A stretch of DNA of 64,000 nt, from contig JAAOMT010000607.1 of NCBI GenBank assembly GCA_016748015.1, positions 248,001 to 312,000 on the forward strand, read 5' to 3'. Made by a program: the position numbers and the translations under genes. The notes under the pieces are model-generated. The model did no database searches. It worked only from the letters and a program-made list of their open reading frames with translations, and had not been told where the DNA came from. Source of the stretch: Geosiphon pyriformis uo1 (Eukaryota > Fungi > Glomeromycota). Positions within the stretch are counted from its first letter, which is position 1; each line of letters opens with the position of its first letter. Positions 11,202-24,210 of the stretch are shown here, piece after piece.

Positions 11202-14200
11202 TTGACCTGGTTTGGAAAGTGACTACATGCAATGTGAAGGGCATGAACAATCCTGCCAAGCAGGAAGATATTGTTTAATGGCACAAAAATGCGGGTAACA
11301 TGATTTCTGTGATTACTGAAACAAAGTTAAAAGGAAAGGTCTATCCTTGGATTATAAACAAATTTGATGGTGTTTGGGTGTTTACCTCTGGTTTGGAATC
11401 TGGTTATTTGGATACAGAAGTTGCCATAATTATGGATGTTTCTCTGGCAAAGCATGTGTGCAAGATTTCTGAGGTGCCTGGCCAGCTCATCTTTGTGAAA
11501 TTGCTTTTTAAAAATAAACTTTCAGTGACAGTTTTGGGCTTATATGCAGATGCCACCTTGGAAAAGAGACTGGCTCACTCTCATGTTGTCAATTCAATGG
11601 TGGCTGAGGCTTTAAATGGCAGTACTTTTGTTGTTATTGGTGGCAACTTTAACGAAAATGATTCTGGCCACAGTGCAAGCTTCAAGAAATGTCTGGATTT
11701 GGGTTTGTTTGATTCTTTACATGGTTCTTCTTCACACAGGCTTTCCACGTAGTCCAATTCAAGGGGTGTTCATAAGTGCATAGACTTTATATTAGTTAAT
11801 GATAGTCTTCACAGTTCTTCCTTTAACCAGTATGTTATATCCAGCCGAATTTTTTGATTCTGACCACTTAGCCGTGTTGGTGGACATTGGTTTGGGGGGC
11901 TTTCTCAGTTCTCAGCTTAATTTGATATTCAGGCAGGCCGCAAAAAAAAAATGGAAATACAGAGTTAGTGATGTCAGTGGCAAGATCTAGAAAAAGTTTG
12001 GGGACACATCATTGGCTGCTGCTTTAAAGGCTGCTGGTAATTTTGAACTCCACAGCTCTAATGGTGATATCAATGGAATGTGAACACTTCTTTGTCTAAT
12101 AGTGTGCTCCGCAGCAGAGACCACTTTCGTGAAAACATGGTCCAGGAACATTGGGTTGGTCAAGACAGCTACATTTTCTAAGTTTCACAGGTTAGAAATT
12201 TTGGTTGCAAAAATTTTGGATGCTTACAAAACAGGCAATATGGTTAGATTTCAGTTTTTGGTTAATAAGTGGGTCGATTTGGACTTTGACCAGACTGTAA
12301 TATTCAAGAGTTCTTTGGACAATGGTCATGACAGAGTATTGGTTGAACATTCACTAGCAAGTTTTAGAAAATTGTATAGGTCTTGTAAGTTTTTGGAATC
12401 TAAAGCTTTCGAGGACTCACGAATCCAGACGGCTATTGAAAAGCATATGGAAGCTTTTGTAGACAACAAAGATCAAATAATCAGGAGTGTGTTAGAGAAG
12501 CCTTTCAGAAAAGTTATGCTAGACCATCTGGTTGATAATGAAGATTTGATATTGGAGCCTGATTTGGTCAAGGGCAGGATGGATTCTATTATGGAAAATT
12601 GGACCAGGAAATGTGCAGTTAAACTTTCAATGCCTTCCCAATGGCAAGAACAATTTTCTCCTCTTAATCATGTTGATAATGGTGCATTCTCTGGTGTGAT
12701 GAAGCAAATTAATTTTGGTGAATTTTTGTTGGTGGTAAAAAATCTTCCAGATGGCAAAGCTGCTGGTTTGTCTGGTATCTCTAATGAGATGTGAAAACAC
12801 TGTGATGAGTTTGTTTTGGTCTTTCTTTTGCACCTGTTCAACTTATGCTTAGTGTATGAATCTGTTCCAGATGTCTGAAGAGAGGCCTGGGTATCTATGA
12901 TTCCGAAACCTTATGAATGGGATAAAGTTCTAACAAACACCAGACTGATTGCTCTCATTGAGACTTTTAGGAAGATTTTTTTAAAAATTCTATCTGATCA
13001 CATTTCGAAAGCCTGCAGCACACACAACATTCTGTGTGGAGACAATTTTTCAGTGCTGAAAGACACTTTCACTCAGTCCTCTATCTTTGTTGTTGGATCT
13101 GTTATAGAAGATGCTTTGGAAAAGAGTAGGAAACTTTGGTTGGTACTTCAGGACATGTGCAAAGCTTACGACTTAGTGGGTTGGTCACATTTAAAAGGTA
13201 GTCTGAAGAGAATTAAGATGTGTGAAAAATTCATCAGGTTTTTTGGTAGTATTTACAATGGCCACACAAACAGAGTTATGACAGACTTTAGTCTGTCTGA
13301 AGACTACAAAGTACATGATAATTTGGACCAGGGTGAAGTTTTTTCTCCTCTTTTGTGGAAGATTTTTTATGATCCTCTTTTGTGTGAAGTGACAAAACAT
13401 GAGTTGGTTTTTGGATATCGAGTTGATTCCAAATTTGTAGCCAGGATGGGCAGAATTAAATCAAACACTGGTTTGACTTTCTATTTGTCTACTGGTGCTT
13501 TCGTGAATGATATCATTTGGGTTGGCAATTGTCTTACAGCAACGCAGAATATTTTGAACATTGCTAGTAAATTTTTTGGGTTAATAGATATATAAATTAA
13601 TACTGAAAAGACAATTGCCATTCCTATTAATCCAAAGTCTAGCAACATCTCCTTGGAAGTGAGTGGGTCTCCAATTTCAATCACAAAGGCTGGTAAAGCT
13701 TATCGGTATTTAGGTATCTTTCTGTTAACCAAGGGTCTTTCTGGTCCAAGTCTAAAGAAGGTGAATTCGGATGTCAAGTTTTTCTCATCCATGATTTTGT
13801 GCAAAGCTATCACAGACAAGCAGTTCTCTTATTTGGTGTCAGCTGTTTTACAGCCCATAGTAGAATATAGGACTCAATTCAGCTTTGTCAATAGGAGCAC
13901 ATGCAAAAAATGGGACCGTGTAATTAGAAAGGGGTTGAAGTCTAAGGCCAGTCTGCCTAAAGACTTTCCTAATGAGGCAGTGCACCATCCTTCCTTGTAC
14001 AATTTGAAGCCCTTTGAGCAAGTTCAGGCAGAAGCAAAAGTCTCATCAGTATTACAGTTTGCTAATGACAGTAGAGTGTTGGGCCAACTGTTCAGATATA
14101 GGTCAATGGACTTGCAGGTTTTAGGCTGGGTTTCTCAAAACCCTCTTCGATCTCCTGTAAAGCTAATGGTCAACCCGATAAACAATTTTCTGGCTGGTGT

Positions 14201-15884
14201 CACAAAAATTTTTCTACATAATGAAGTTTTCCTAGCTAATAGTTTACCCAATGCTTTTCATCTCAAGAGAGGTTTTCCTGTTCTGGATATTTTGGGCCAG
14301 ACAATGTATCTCCAGGTTTGCAGATTGCTGAAGCATTTTGGGATCATGTTTGTGGACCAATTGCTAAACAGTCATGGAGAATGTTTTGATTGGAAGAATT
14401 TTTGCTGTTGGAAGTGTTTGGATCCCAGAGGCCCAGTTCTCTTGTAGTTTACACTGGTTTTGGGTTTTGTCAAGGATGGTGGTTTGGTTAAGAGTGCATT
14501 TCCTGCTGTTGAGTCTCCTTTTAAATTGGATGTTTTGGATATGGACCACTTCAGTTTTGTCCATTCTAGTCTGAAAGATGCTTCTTTGCCGGTGATTTCA
14601 GTTTATACTGATGGTTTTGTTAAAAACTTTGGTACTTTTGATGCTGTCAGAGGGGCTGCTGCATATTTTTCTGATCTGGATTTGCATGTAAGTGTGGAGG
14701 TTCACGGTCTATTGTCATCTATCCTAGCTGAGATGCAGGCTATTGCATTGGCACTTGAGTGCATTCTGGCTTTTTTGGATGTTATAGTTCTTTCTGACAG
14801 CCAGACCTCCTTGGATGCTTGTCAGGCTAAATCAAGTTTGGTGGCTCTAGATTTCTACAACAGATGCTGGGTTGAGCACCATTATATCACCAATTTGGTC
14901 AAATGTAAAAACATTTCTGTTATTTGGACAAAGATAAAGGATCACTCTGGTGTGTTAGGTAATGAGTACACTGATTGTTTGGCTAATACAGCCATGTCAT
15001 TGGAACTTTTTCTCCCAGCAAACATCAAAGAGAATTTCTTATTGGCAGATGGTAGGGTGATTTCTGGCAAGGCACACTGCTTTATTAGGATAGCAAATGA
15101 TACTGTTAGGCATTTCCAATGGGAATTTGGACCTGGTTTAAGCGTCATGGATTCTTTATGGATTGGGGACATAAATTGGTTTTGTACTGTATCAGTCTGG
15201 CACCCTAATTCTCACATGTCAGCTGGATATACAAGCAGAACTACTGCCAGTTTGCACATATATTTGATGAAGACTTTACACAGAAGGGTGCCAGTAGCTG
15301 TTAGGAAGTATTTGTATAATCGAAGTTATCTTAGTGTATCATGTATATGTTGCGGGGAGGTGGAATTTTCTGATCATAGTTTTACTTGTCACTTGGATTT
15401 TTTGACGCGTCAAGGCATCTTGTGTGAGCACTCCTCTCTTTGGAGATCTCTTACTGGGGCTACTTTGTCATTGTCTGCAGTTCTGCAGTCTCTGGCTTCT
15501 TCTGTTTCTGATAGTGATCTGTATACAGCTTTGTGCAAGAGTTTAGTGTTGGATGATTGGCTAATAGAGGCTAAGACATTTTTTGTGGATTCTAAGCTTG
15601 CGATATCTAGTCTGGTTGAGTTCGTTTGAAGTCTAGTTGTTGGCCATAGAGAGTGGATTTAGATACCCAATTCAAAACTTCAAGCAGAAATGGAGCAGCA
15701 TGGATTGTTGGGTGTGGATGGATCTTTATGTAATGTTGTCCGGGGTCTCTCCGCTAGAATTTCAGGTGGTGTTGCTCATTTACTGGGAGTAGGTAGGGGT
15801 CACATGATCAGCTTTGGCTTGAGTAGTAGCTGTTTGTTTTTTGCTAGTGCTGCTGGTGAAGTTATGGTAAATATAGTTGCGTAG
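11198..15884 (+). pseudogene. LINE ORF2: AP endonuclease - RT - RNase H - C-terminal zinc finger
   Basis: TCNVKG, TETK, GGNFN, SDH (APE); LDQGEVFSPLLW, FVND (RT); VYTDG, AEMQA, SDSQ, HSGVLGNEYTD (RNase H); CICC...H...C. One frameshift near 11800 and several nonsense codons. Confidence 0.92.
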
Positions 15885-16613
15885 TGTAGCCTTGATTGGC
15901 CGAGTGGCTAGTCACATGTAGCAAGAGTGTGAATCACGTTTAATTTAGAACTTTAGATAGTTGTATTGTATTAGATAGTGATTGAGCTTCACTCGTTAAA
16001 CTTAATAAAAAAAAAAAAGCCAAAGACTGAAAATTATACATATCTAACAAAATTGAAGATTAGCAATAGTTATGTACTAGCTGATTTCCAGTTTGTTATA
16101 ACAGTCATCAAAATCATGTTTAAGAAATTTTGAAACTAGATGCACCCAGAATTCAAATTTACAGAACTATTTAAGTCTTCTGGTTATTTGAAAAAATAAC
16201 CAATCCAACAAATAAGCAAGCAACTAAAACCAACTACTTACTAACAACATTTTATTAGTAATTATCACCAAAAACAAATCATTGATCATAATATTTTCTT
16301 TCAAATTTAAAGAACTAATATTAACACTTCTGTTCAGTAGAGCTGTTTTTAATACTAGACTAATTATTGCCATATATACTGATACTAAAGTTGATGGTTA
16401 ATCTATCAAGTTAATTTTTAATAGTGAATTAGTAGATAACATTATCACACAACAATTTATAGACCAATTAGGTTATTAAGTTGATTATACTGTTAGCATC
16501 AGAATTATTATTACTAATAGAGTAATAAAAATGCCTATTGGTGAGATTAATAATTTTCTGTTTAAAGTTAATGACATTATAATATCTATCAAAATTCTCA
16601 TAATAGAGACCAC

Positions 16614-19600
16614 TATTATTCATAGAAATTAGGAATATTATAATTAAAAGAATAGCCAATTAGAAATAAGTATAGTAACAGAGAAATTCCAAGATTTTTC
16701 TAAAGGAATTGCAAGATTTCAGAATCCCAGAATTTCAGAATTTTTTGCAAAGAATTGCAGGATTTCAGAATTCCAGAATTGCAAGATTTTTTTAAAGGAA
16801 TTATAAAAATTCCAAGAATCTTGTATAACACCAACTATGTATATATAACAATAGTATTAGAAGTGAAAAAAGACAGAATCCAGTTCCAGTTTAGCAGTTT
16901 TTCTCTTATCTATTTAAATAATCTTTACTTCACAAATAGTTGCTATCAATTAAAGTGAATTCATTAAAATATTCAATAAAACATACCTATTATTATCCAA
17001 CTTATGTTATTATTGTTTGATTGAGAATTGCCATCACTTATTTGTTATTAACATTTTATGTTGATAACTTTCAACACTTAATCATATTGGAACAATAGTT
17101 CTTAATTACAGCTATTAATAAAATACTAATTTATTATTTTTCTTTCATTTTTTTTATTTTTTTTTATTTTTTTTTGTTGTTTGTTGATTTACTAACAATT
17201 AAGCACTGAGCAATTAATGTCAAAAAAACTGGTAAAAGATTCAGGAATAAAAATAAACAACTCGGAATTTAAGGATAGTTTACCAAAAAACTAACTACCA
17301 AGCTGAGAAAAAAATTGGCAAAAGAATCTTCTGGAAGACTACAGACAACAAAGTATATTAATTTAAAGGTTGGGAAAGAAACCAGAAACATCACAAAAAG
17401 AATATCATCAGTAAATTTCTGTTTATTATACAAAGAACTTTACCCAAAATCTTCAGATATTATTAATACTATAAGCTATTGAGCATTAAGTTATGAGTTT
17501 ATTATTTATACTAACATCCTAAATAATCACCTGTAAGATTTAGTGTTCTTTGTAAAGTATAATTTAGCAGAAAACCAGCACCAACAATAATCATCTGGAA
17601 TAGTAACAGAATCAGAAAAAACAAAGACAAACCACTTGAGATTTATAAAAGCTTTATTTTAACATTATCAATTTTACTTAAAATTAACCAGTAATCATTG
17701 GCCAGCAGAATCAATTTTCAATTTCTACATTAATGAAAGAATTAAATTTCACTTAGAAAATCAAGAAAATTTGAAAACAGCACTTACCAATTTTTATAGT
17801 AAATTACTTTAGAACACCACACTTCCACAAAATTATTTGTTTACCTTAATAATCACAGAAATCAATAAAAAAATTGAAAAACATACCAGACAGAAATTTT
17901 CTATTATCTTTGCAAACAATAACAAAAAAAAATTGCAAACACTAGCAAGAATACCAAAAAACATACAACTATCTATGTAAAAAAAACCAAAAGTAGTTTT
18001 ATCTATTCACCTATCATATTATTATATACCAGGAAGTACCATTAACATAACATCAGCAGATGTGTCTACATTAACTGCAAAAACACCATCAGTAAAGATA
18101 ACATTCCAGAGCCAACAAAAAAAAGCCGATTTATTGGAAACCTATGGCAATTACTTTGAAAAATTTAAATTGTGATCACTAATATTATCAAAATTCCGAT
18201 TACTATCATCTTAATCTGATTTCAAAGTCACTAGTTTTTGGAAAATAACTGATTCAAGAGAAAAAAAAAACAAAGATCAGGAATTTAATTACCAAAATTC
18301 AATTCCAAAAAACCTGAAAATTCAAACTCTGCTTATTTTAACACAGCAAAATCAGAACAATTCAAACTTTGCTCTTATTGTTTTTCAAAACTTATTTTCA
18401 GGAATTGTGATTGATCCACAACCAGTTGTATCAATTGCCAAACTTCAATAACAGCTGTAATTATCTTAATAACAACTTTAACTACAGCTACAACAACAAC
18501 CAATAATAGCACTAATAATATATACTTCTATTGCCAAGTTAAAAAAATTTACCAATAAAGAAAACAATATCCAAGTTTGGCTTAATAATATTGCAAAGTA
18601 ATTATAATTAACAATTGGGACAATATCAGAGTCTTATAAGTCATTTCATACTTTTTACAAGATATAACTGATTCATAGTATTAGAGTTTGATTAACAAAT
18701 CCATTATCTTTAATGAGTTTAAAACTGAATTTTTAAGATACTTTAGCAATAATAATAGCATTAATTGCTTGGCAATAGCATTTACTATTATCAAACAAGG
18801 CAACACAAAAGCAGTCACCACTTACTTAAAATGCTTCTATAAAAATTTGCACCAAATACAAGCAATTAACATGAATTACTTTATAGTGCCACAGATTTTG
18901 AACCAGTTTATCTGTGGTCTATACAGTAGTATTTTACAATGCATACATTTATTATATTTACAAATACTTTAAGATATAGTTATCTATGTTAGAAATTTTG
19001 AATCAGCCAAGCTAAAAACCAACCATGCTCAAGTCATAAATTTAGTAATAAACAGATCATCTGACTTGGATTCCAAATTAAAACAATTTAGTTATTCAAT
19101 TAATTAAAAATTGGAAGAATACTTAGCTAACAATTAGGCAATTTATTAATTTTTATAATATTGCAAAAATCCAGAAAATTTTAATTATGTTTAACAACAG
19201 TTGTAACTATTATTATCAAATCAACAGTAATAATTAGAAACATGTAATTACTACTACTATGGTAAACAAAGCCATCTAAAAATAGATTGCTATTTTAAAG
19301 AAAATAATTAATGATTAGGAAATTAATATTGAAATTCTAATTATAGATTTCAAACTTCAAACTATGTCAGTAATTAATTACTAAAACAATATTAATATCA
19401 ACCATATTACACTTAAATAATGCAGCCAATTTATTAGCCACCAATTTATTAGACATTAAAATCAGTAATTTATTAATCATTCCAGCCCCAAATTATTTAT
19501 TAGTCTCAACCAAATCAGAATCAACCCCAGAATCTACTTCAAAATAGAAGTTAAAGACTAAAAACTACTTAGATCTATTAGAATTGGTAATCAGCAATGG

Positions 19601-20502
19601 TAATATACCAATTAATTTTCAATTCAGCAGCTCAGCAATCTGAAACACAGCAATTAAATTCAAAAACCAATTATGCCCAAAAACCAATTATGCCCAAAAC
19701 TCAAATGTCCAACATTATTTAAGTTATTTGATATTTTCAGAAATTGTCACACCCAATTCATTAAAACTATTTAAAAACAAATTATACCTATTAGCAACAT
19801 TCTACCAACTACTATTACAGAAGATGAATCACTTGCTATGATATTTTTTTTTGAGATTAAAGAATCAGTTTTTACACTATTATTTAGTAAAGCTGTCTTT
19901 GAAGCTAAACTCATCACAATCATATACACAGATACCAAAGTAGATGGCCACCTAATTAAATTAATTTTAAATAGTGGTTTAGTAAACAGTATTATTATAT
20001 GACAACTTATAAACCAATTAAGTTACCAAGTTGATTGTATTGCCAGTACCAGAATTATTACAGCTGATAGAGCCATTAAAACACCTATTGAAGATATTAA
20101 CAACTTTTCTTTTGAAGTCAATAGCATTATCATATCTATCAAAATATTGGTAATAAAAGCCACCTAATACTAAGCTCTAGTTAGTAATGACTAGCTGTCC
20201 AAAACTAATGCCATATTTGACTAGAATACCCAAAAATTACAACTGAGCCAGAATGGTCAGAATATTTAGATATTAGTCATTTGTGAATATTTTAAGACCA
20301 CTACCAATAAACAGCTACTAATTGAATTAAAAAAAAAAACCTACTTGGAAAACATACCAAGTATTGTGGACTGAAGAAAAACATAATAAGCTACTACCAA
20401 TTCTATTATAGGACAACAAAAAAAAAAAGAAGACAAACTACAAACTACCACTAATACTAGTAAAACTACTAACAGTTGGCACATACTATATTTAGTAGAC
20501 AC
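16614..20502 (+). mobile_element. E4: decayed Gypsy 5' LTR, gag and protease; resumes briefly at 54261-54316 after E5
   Basis: LTR 16614-17538 with decayed termini, degenerate PBS at 17539-17557, gag ORF remnant 18688-18972. Confidence 0.82.
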
Positions 20503-20993
20503 TGTTACTCATAGAATATAAGAAGTATATTAACATATAAATTAGCCAATCAAAAGTTAGCATAATAAATATAGAATTTTAGAATTCTTGTATAAGGAAT
20601 CACAGGATTTCAGAATTCCAAGATTTCTCTCAAAGAAATTGCAGGATTCCAGAAATTCTAAAATTCCTGGTGTGAAGAATCGAGGAATTGAGGAATCTCA
20701 ATTATGTATATATAGTGGTAGCATTAGAAGTAGAAAAGACAGACTTCTCAGTTTAGATTTAATCTAAACAATCTTTCAAATCACAAATATCAATAAATAA
20801 CTATTTGCTATTTCAATCCACTCTTTACTATCAACACTTTATGTTGATAGTAATCTATATTTGACCACACTAGAACAATAGCTCTTGATTATGGCTATTA
20901 ACAGGATACTAACTTGTAAATCACTTTGGCTTATTTTTTTACTCCTTTTATTTTCTTTCTTTATTTTCTTTCTTTTTTTGATTTTATTGTCGT

Positions 20994-21660
20994 TGTTACT
21001 TGAGTAGAAAAACCAATCCAAAGTTATAAAAAAACGTGACCAAAACGTGACATAACACAGAATAATGTGCAATAATATTGGATAACATGTTATAATGTAG
21101 GATAACATGTTATAACGTAGGATAACATGTTATAATGCAGAATAACACAGAATAACATGCAATAAAGTAGGATAACATGTTATAATGCAAGATAACACAG
21201 AATAACATGTAATAACATCAGATAACATGTTATAACATAGAATAACTAGTGATAACATAGAAAAACGAAGCAATAACAGAAACAACAAAGCAATAGCTAG
21301 TAATAGCAAGACAATTGAAAGCAATTTTGTAAAACCAAAAGAATATATAAAAGCAAGTAGTTGTAGAAGTGAGAAAAAACAGACAGATAGATACAAATCT
21401 TTAGACAAGAATTAAATATCCATATCCCTTTATCTTTTATTATCTTCCCTATTTCATCTCCTAAAATAAAACCAATTATTAAAAGAAATCAGAATCATGA
21501 ATTCATGTTCTCGAACTTCATGGAATTTACGTGAATTAACTCTTGTCTTGTACCTCTGTTCTAGAACAGATGCTCTTAGCATAACTGCCTTAAACCTATT
21601 AACAATTTGGACCAATTGCTTTTGATCATGGTGATTGACGATATTAATTTATCTTTTCTT

Positions 21661-21693
<33 letters not shown>

Positions 21694-22101
21694 CTTTCTT
21701 TTTCTGTCTTATTTTTGTGGAGCGGCAACATAGTAAAATTGACTGTTTGGGAATAGACTTCCTAATAGCTTGGTAAAAGAGGAAAGCTCCTCCTAAGTTT
21801 TGAATATTAACATTATCTTGTTAACTTACTAGAAAGGCAAAAAGACAATGCCAGACCCTAATAACTGTACTCATTAGCTCAGAGAAAAAAGCTCATATTT
21901 ACAAAAAACATTGCAATCAATGAAAGACAAACTCTGTGCCTTATAACCAAAGAACTCAACGGGTAAATTCACATTCAGGAATAGACTTTCAGAGACTGAT
22001 AATCAAGACTAAGCCAACAGAATTACATGGAAGACACATCATTAATAATTGAGAGCACCAAATGTTACTATTTCCCATATCCACCAAGTTTACCCATAAC
22101 A
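20994..22101 (+). repeat. E6 LTR-A
   Basis: TGTTAC...CCATAACA termini, a 10/20-bp ATAAC tandem array and a poly-T tract. Confidence 0.92.
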
Positions 22102-22163
22102 TTTGATGCTTTCTGTAAGATTATAAATCCACAAAAACAGAGCACCCCCAAAAATACATAAAA

Positions 22164-23062
22164 GTGGTGACTATTGGAACAATAGAAAAGGACCACTCCT
22201 CGTATGAAAAAGCACTATTTCAATACTTTCAAAAAGACCTAGGAATATCAGCAGAAACCACTTATGCAGAAAGTGATTTTTGTAACTATATCAACACAAA
22301 AATTGACTGCTTATTAGGCCGCACAACTGATACAGGAAAACTTGAAGAACAAATCTATTAAAGCTTACTAGGGTACTCAACAGCCACGACTACCCGAGCA
22401 ATCGCTGAAACTCTGCACATAATCGATACAGACATTAAATATTACATGACACAACAATTCTCTCAAGTACAACAACCAGTGGAATCTGACCCTGAGGAAT
22501 ACGAAAACAAATCTAACAACCCCATAACTGCCCAAGCCAAGTCCATAGTTAACAAGAAACCAAGAGTTCTCTCCCCAACAACTCCATCATACCATCAGAC
22601 ACCCCAAAGTAGAATTGTATTCAACCCACCTCCGGAAACTCAGTCAAAAACACCACAAACTCCTGGAAATCCACACCCTTGGAATTAACACAGTTGGACC
22701 AAATCACTAAAAGAATACGGATTGCTGTTTGGAAATCTTACCCCAGCAGCCAGTCAAACAGAAGGAAACCCATTAACTTGAGAACAGCCACCAGCACAAA
22801 ACCTAGCAGAATCAGCATCTCCCCTGATGGAAAAAACAGCTATCTTACAACCTATTGGTTCAAGTGACAAAGAAAAGCAACCAGCATTAGCACCTGGAGA
22901 ACACTCGAATACGCAGACACCAATCCCTTTAAACATAACTAGTAACACCCTGCCCATTAATCGAATCATGACTTACCAAAATATTGCTAAATTGGAAAAA
23001 TTCTCTGGTAAAGAAGATAATGCATATTTTTGGATCATGAACACCAAGAAAGCAATTACTGC
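22164..23062 (+). pseudogene. Truncated gag N-terminus of the outer E6 copy
   Basis: Near-duplicate of 24211-25110, cut at KAITA by LTR-B. Confidence 0.88.
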
Positions 23063-24148
23063 TGTTACCCAAGTAGAAAAACCGATCCAAAGCTATGAAG
23101 AAACGTGACCAAAATGTGACATAACACAGAATAATGCACAATAATATTGGATAACACGTTATAATATTGAATAACGTGTTATAATGCAGGATAACACAGA
23201 ATAGTGCACAATAATGTAGGATAACGTGTTATAATGCAGAATAACACAGAATAACATGTAATAACATTAGATAACGTGTTATAACATAGGATAACTAGCG
23301 ATAATGTAGAAAAACAAAGCAATAACAGAAACAACAAAGCAATAGCTAGTAATAGCGAGACAATTGAAAGCAATTCTGTAAAACCAAAAGAATATATAAA
23401 AGCAAGTAGTTGTAGAAGTGAGAAAAGACAGACAGATAGATACAAACCTTTAGACAAGAATTAAATATCCATACTCCTTTATCCTTTATTATCTTCTCTA
23501 TTTCATCTCCTGAAATAAACCAATTATTAAAAGAAATCAGAATCATGAATTCATGTTCTTGAACTTCGTGAAATTTACGTGAATTAATTCTTGTCTCATA
23601 CTTCCGTTTTAGAACAGATGCTCTTAGCATAACCGCCTCAAACTTATTAACAATTTGGACCAATTGCTCTTGATCATGGCAATTGACAATACTAATTTAT
23701 CTTTTTTCTCTTTTCTTTTCTTTTCTTTTTCTTTTTCTTTCTTTTTCTGTCTTATTTTTTTTGTGGAGTGACAACATAGTAAAATTGACTGTCTGGGAAT
23801 AGACTTCGTGATAGCTTGGTAAAAGAGGGAAGCTCTCCCTAAGTTTTGGATATTAATATTATCTTGTTAGCTTACCAGAAGGGCAAAAAGACAATGCCAG
23901 ACCCTAACAACTGCGCTCGTTAGCTTGGAAAAGAAAGCTCATATTTACAAAAAATGTTGCAATTGACGAAAGACAAACTCTGTGTCTTATAACCAAAGAA
24001 CTCAATGGGTAAAATTCACATCCAGGAATAGACCTTCAGAGACTGATAATCAAGACTAAGCCAACAGAATTACGCAGAAGATGTATCATCAATAATTGAG
24101 AGCACCAAACGTTACTATTTCCCATACCCACCAAGTTTATCCATAACA
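23063..24148 (+). repeat. E6 LTR-B
   Basis: Copy of LTR-A and LTR-C, followed by an intact PBS. Confidence 0.92.
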
Positions 24149-24149
24149 T

Positions 24150-24167
24150 TTGGTGCTCCCTGTGAGG
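24150..24167 (+). promoter_or_regulatory. Primer binding site (T)TGGTGCTCCCTGTGAGG, complementary to a tRNA 3' end (Ile-UAU or elongator-Met type, unresolved)
   Basis: TGG start 2 nt after the LTR end. The same PBS, variably decayed, follows the other 5' LTRs. Confidence 0.8.
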
Positions 24168-24210
24168 TTATAAATCTACAGAGACAGAGCACCCCCAAAA
24201 ATACATAAAA

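Larger units (their letters stand above)
9223..16018 (+). mobile_element. Full-length non-LTR retrotransposon (LINE) with APE, RT and RNase H
   Basis: Two ORFs, AATAAA running into a poly(A) tail at 16004-16018, and an 8-bp TSD AAGCCAAA at 9215-9222 and 16017-16024 (overlapping the poly(A)). Confidence 0.95.
8208..16613 (+). mobile_element. E3: old, heavily decayed Gypsy gag-protease fragment (8208-9222 and 16025-16613) hosting E2, the LINE and E4
   Basis: Capsid-like APITKLEKF...FLRYFSNNN homology before the LINE and protease-region homology after it. Confidence 0.75.

Noticed and set aside
21050-21260. Periodic ATAAC repeats (also 23120-23310 and 32240-32450) resembling a CRISPR or satellite array
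   Set aside because: There are no unique spacers and no cas genes; they are U3 tandem repeats inside three LTR copies.
21130-21408. Hydrophobic minus-strand ORFs repeated three times (also 23179-23457 and 32352-32600)
   Set aside because: They are antisense readings of the A-rich LTR repeat. The recurrence reflects LTR duplication, and there is no independent evidence of coding.
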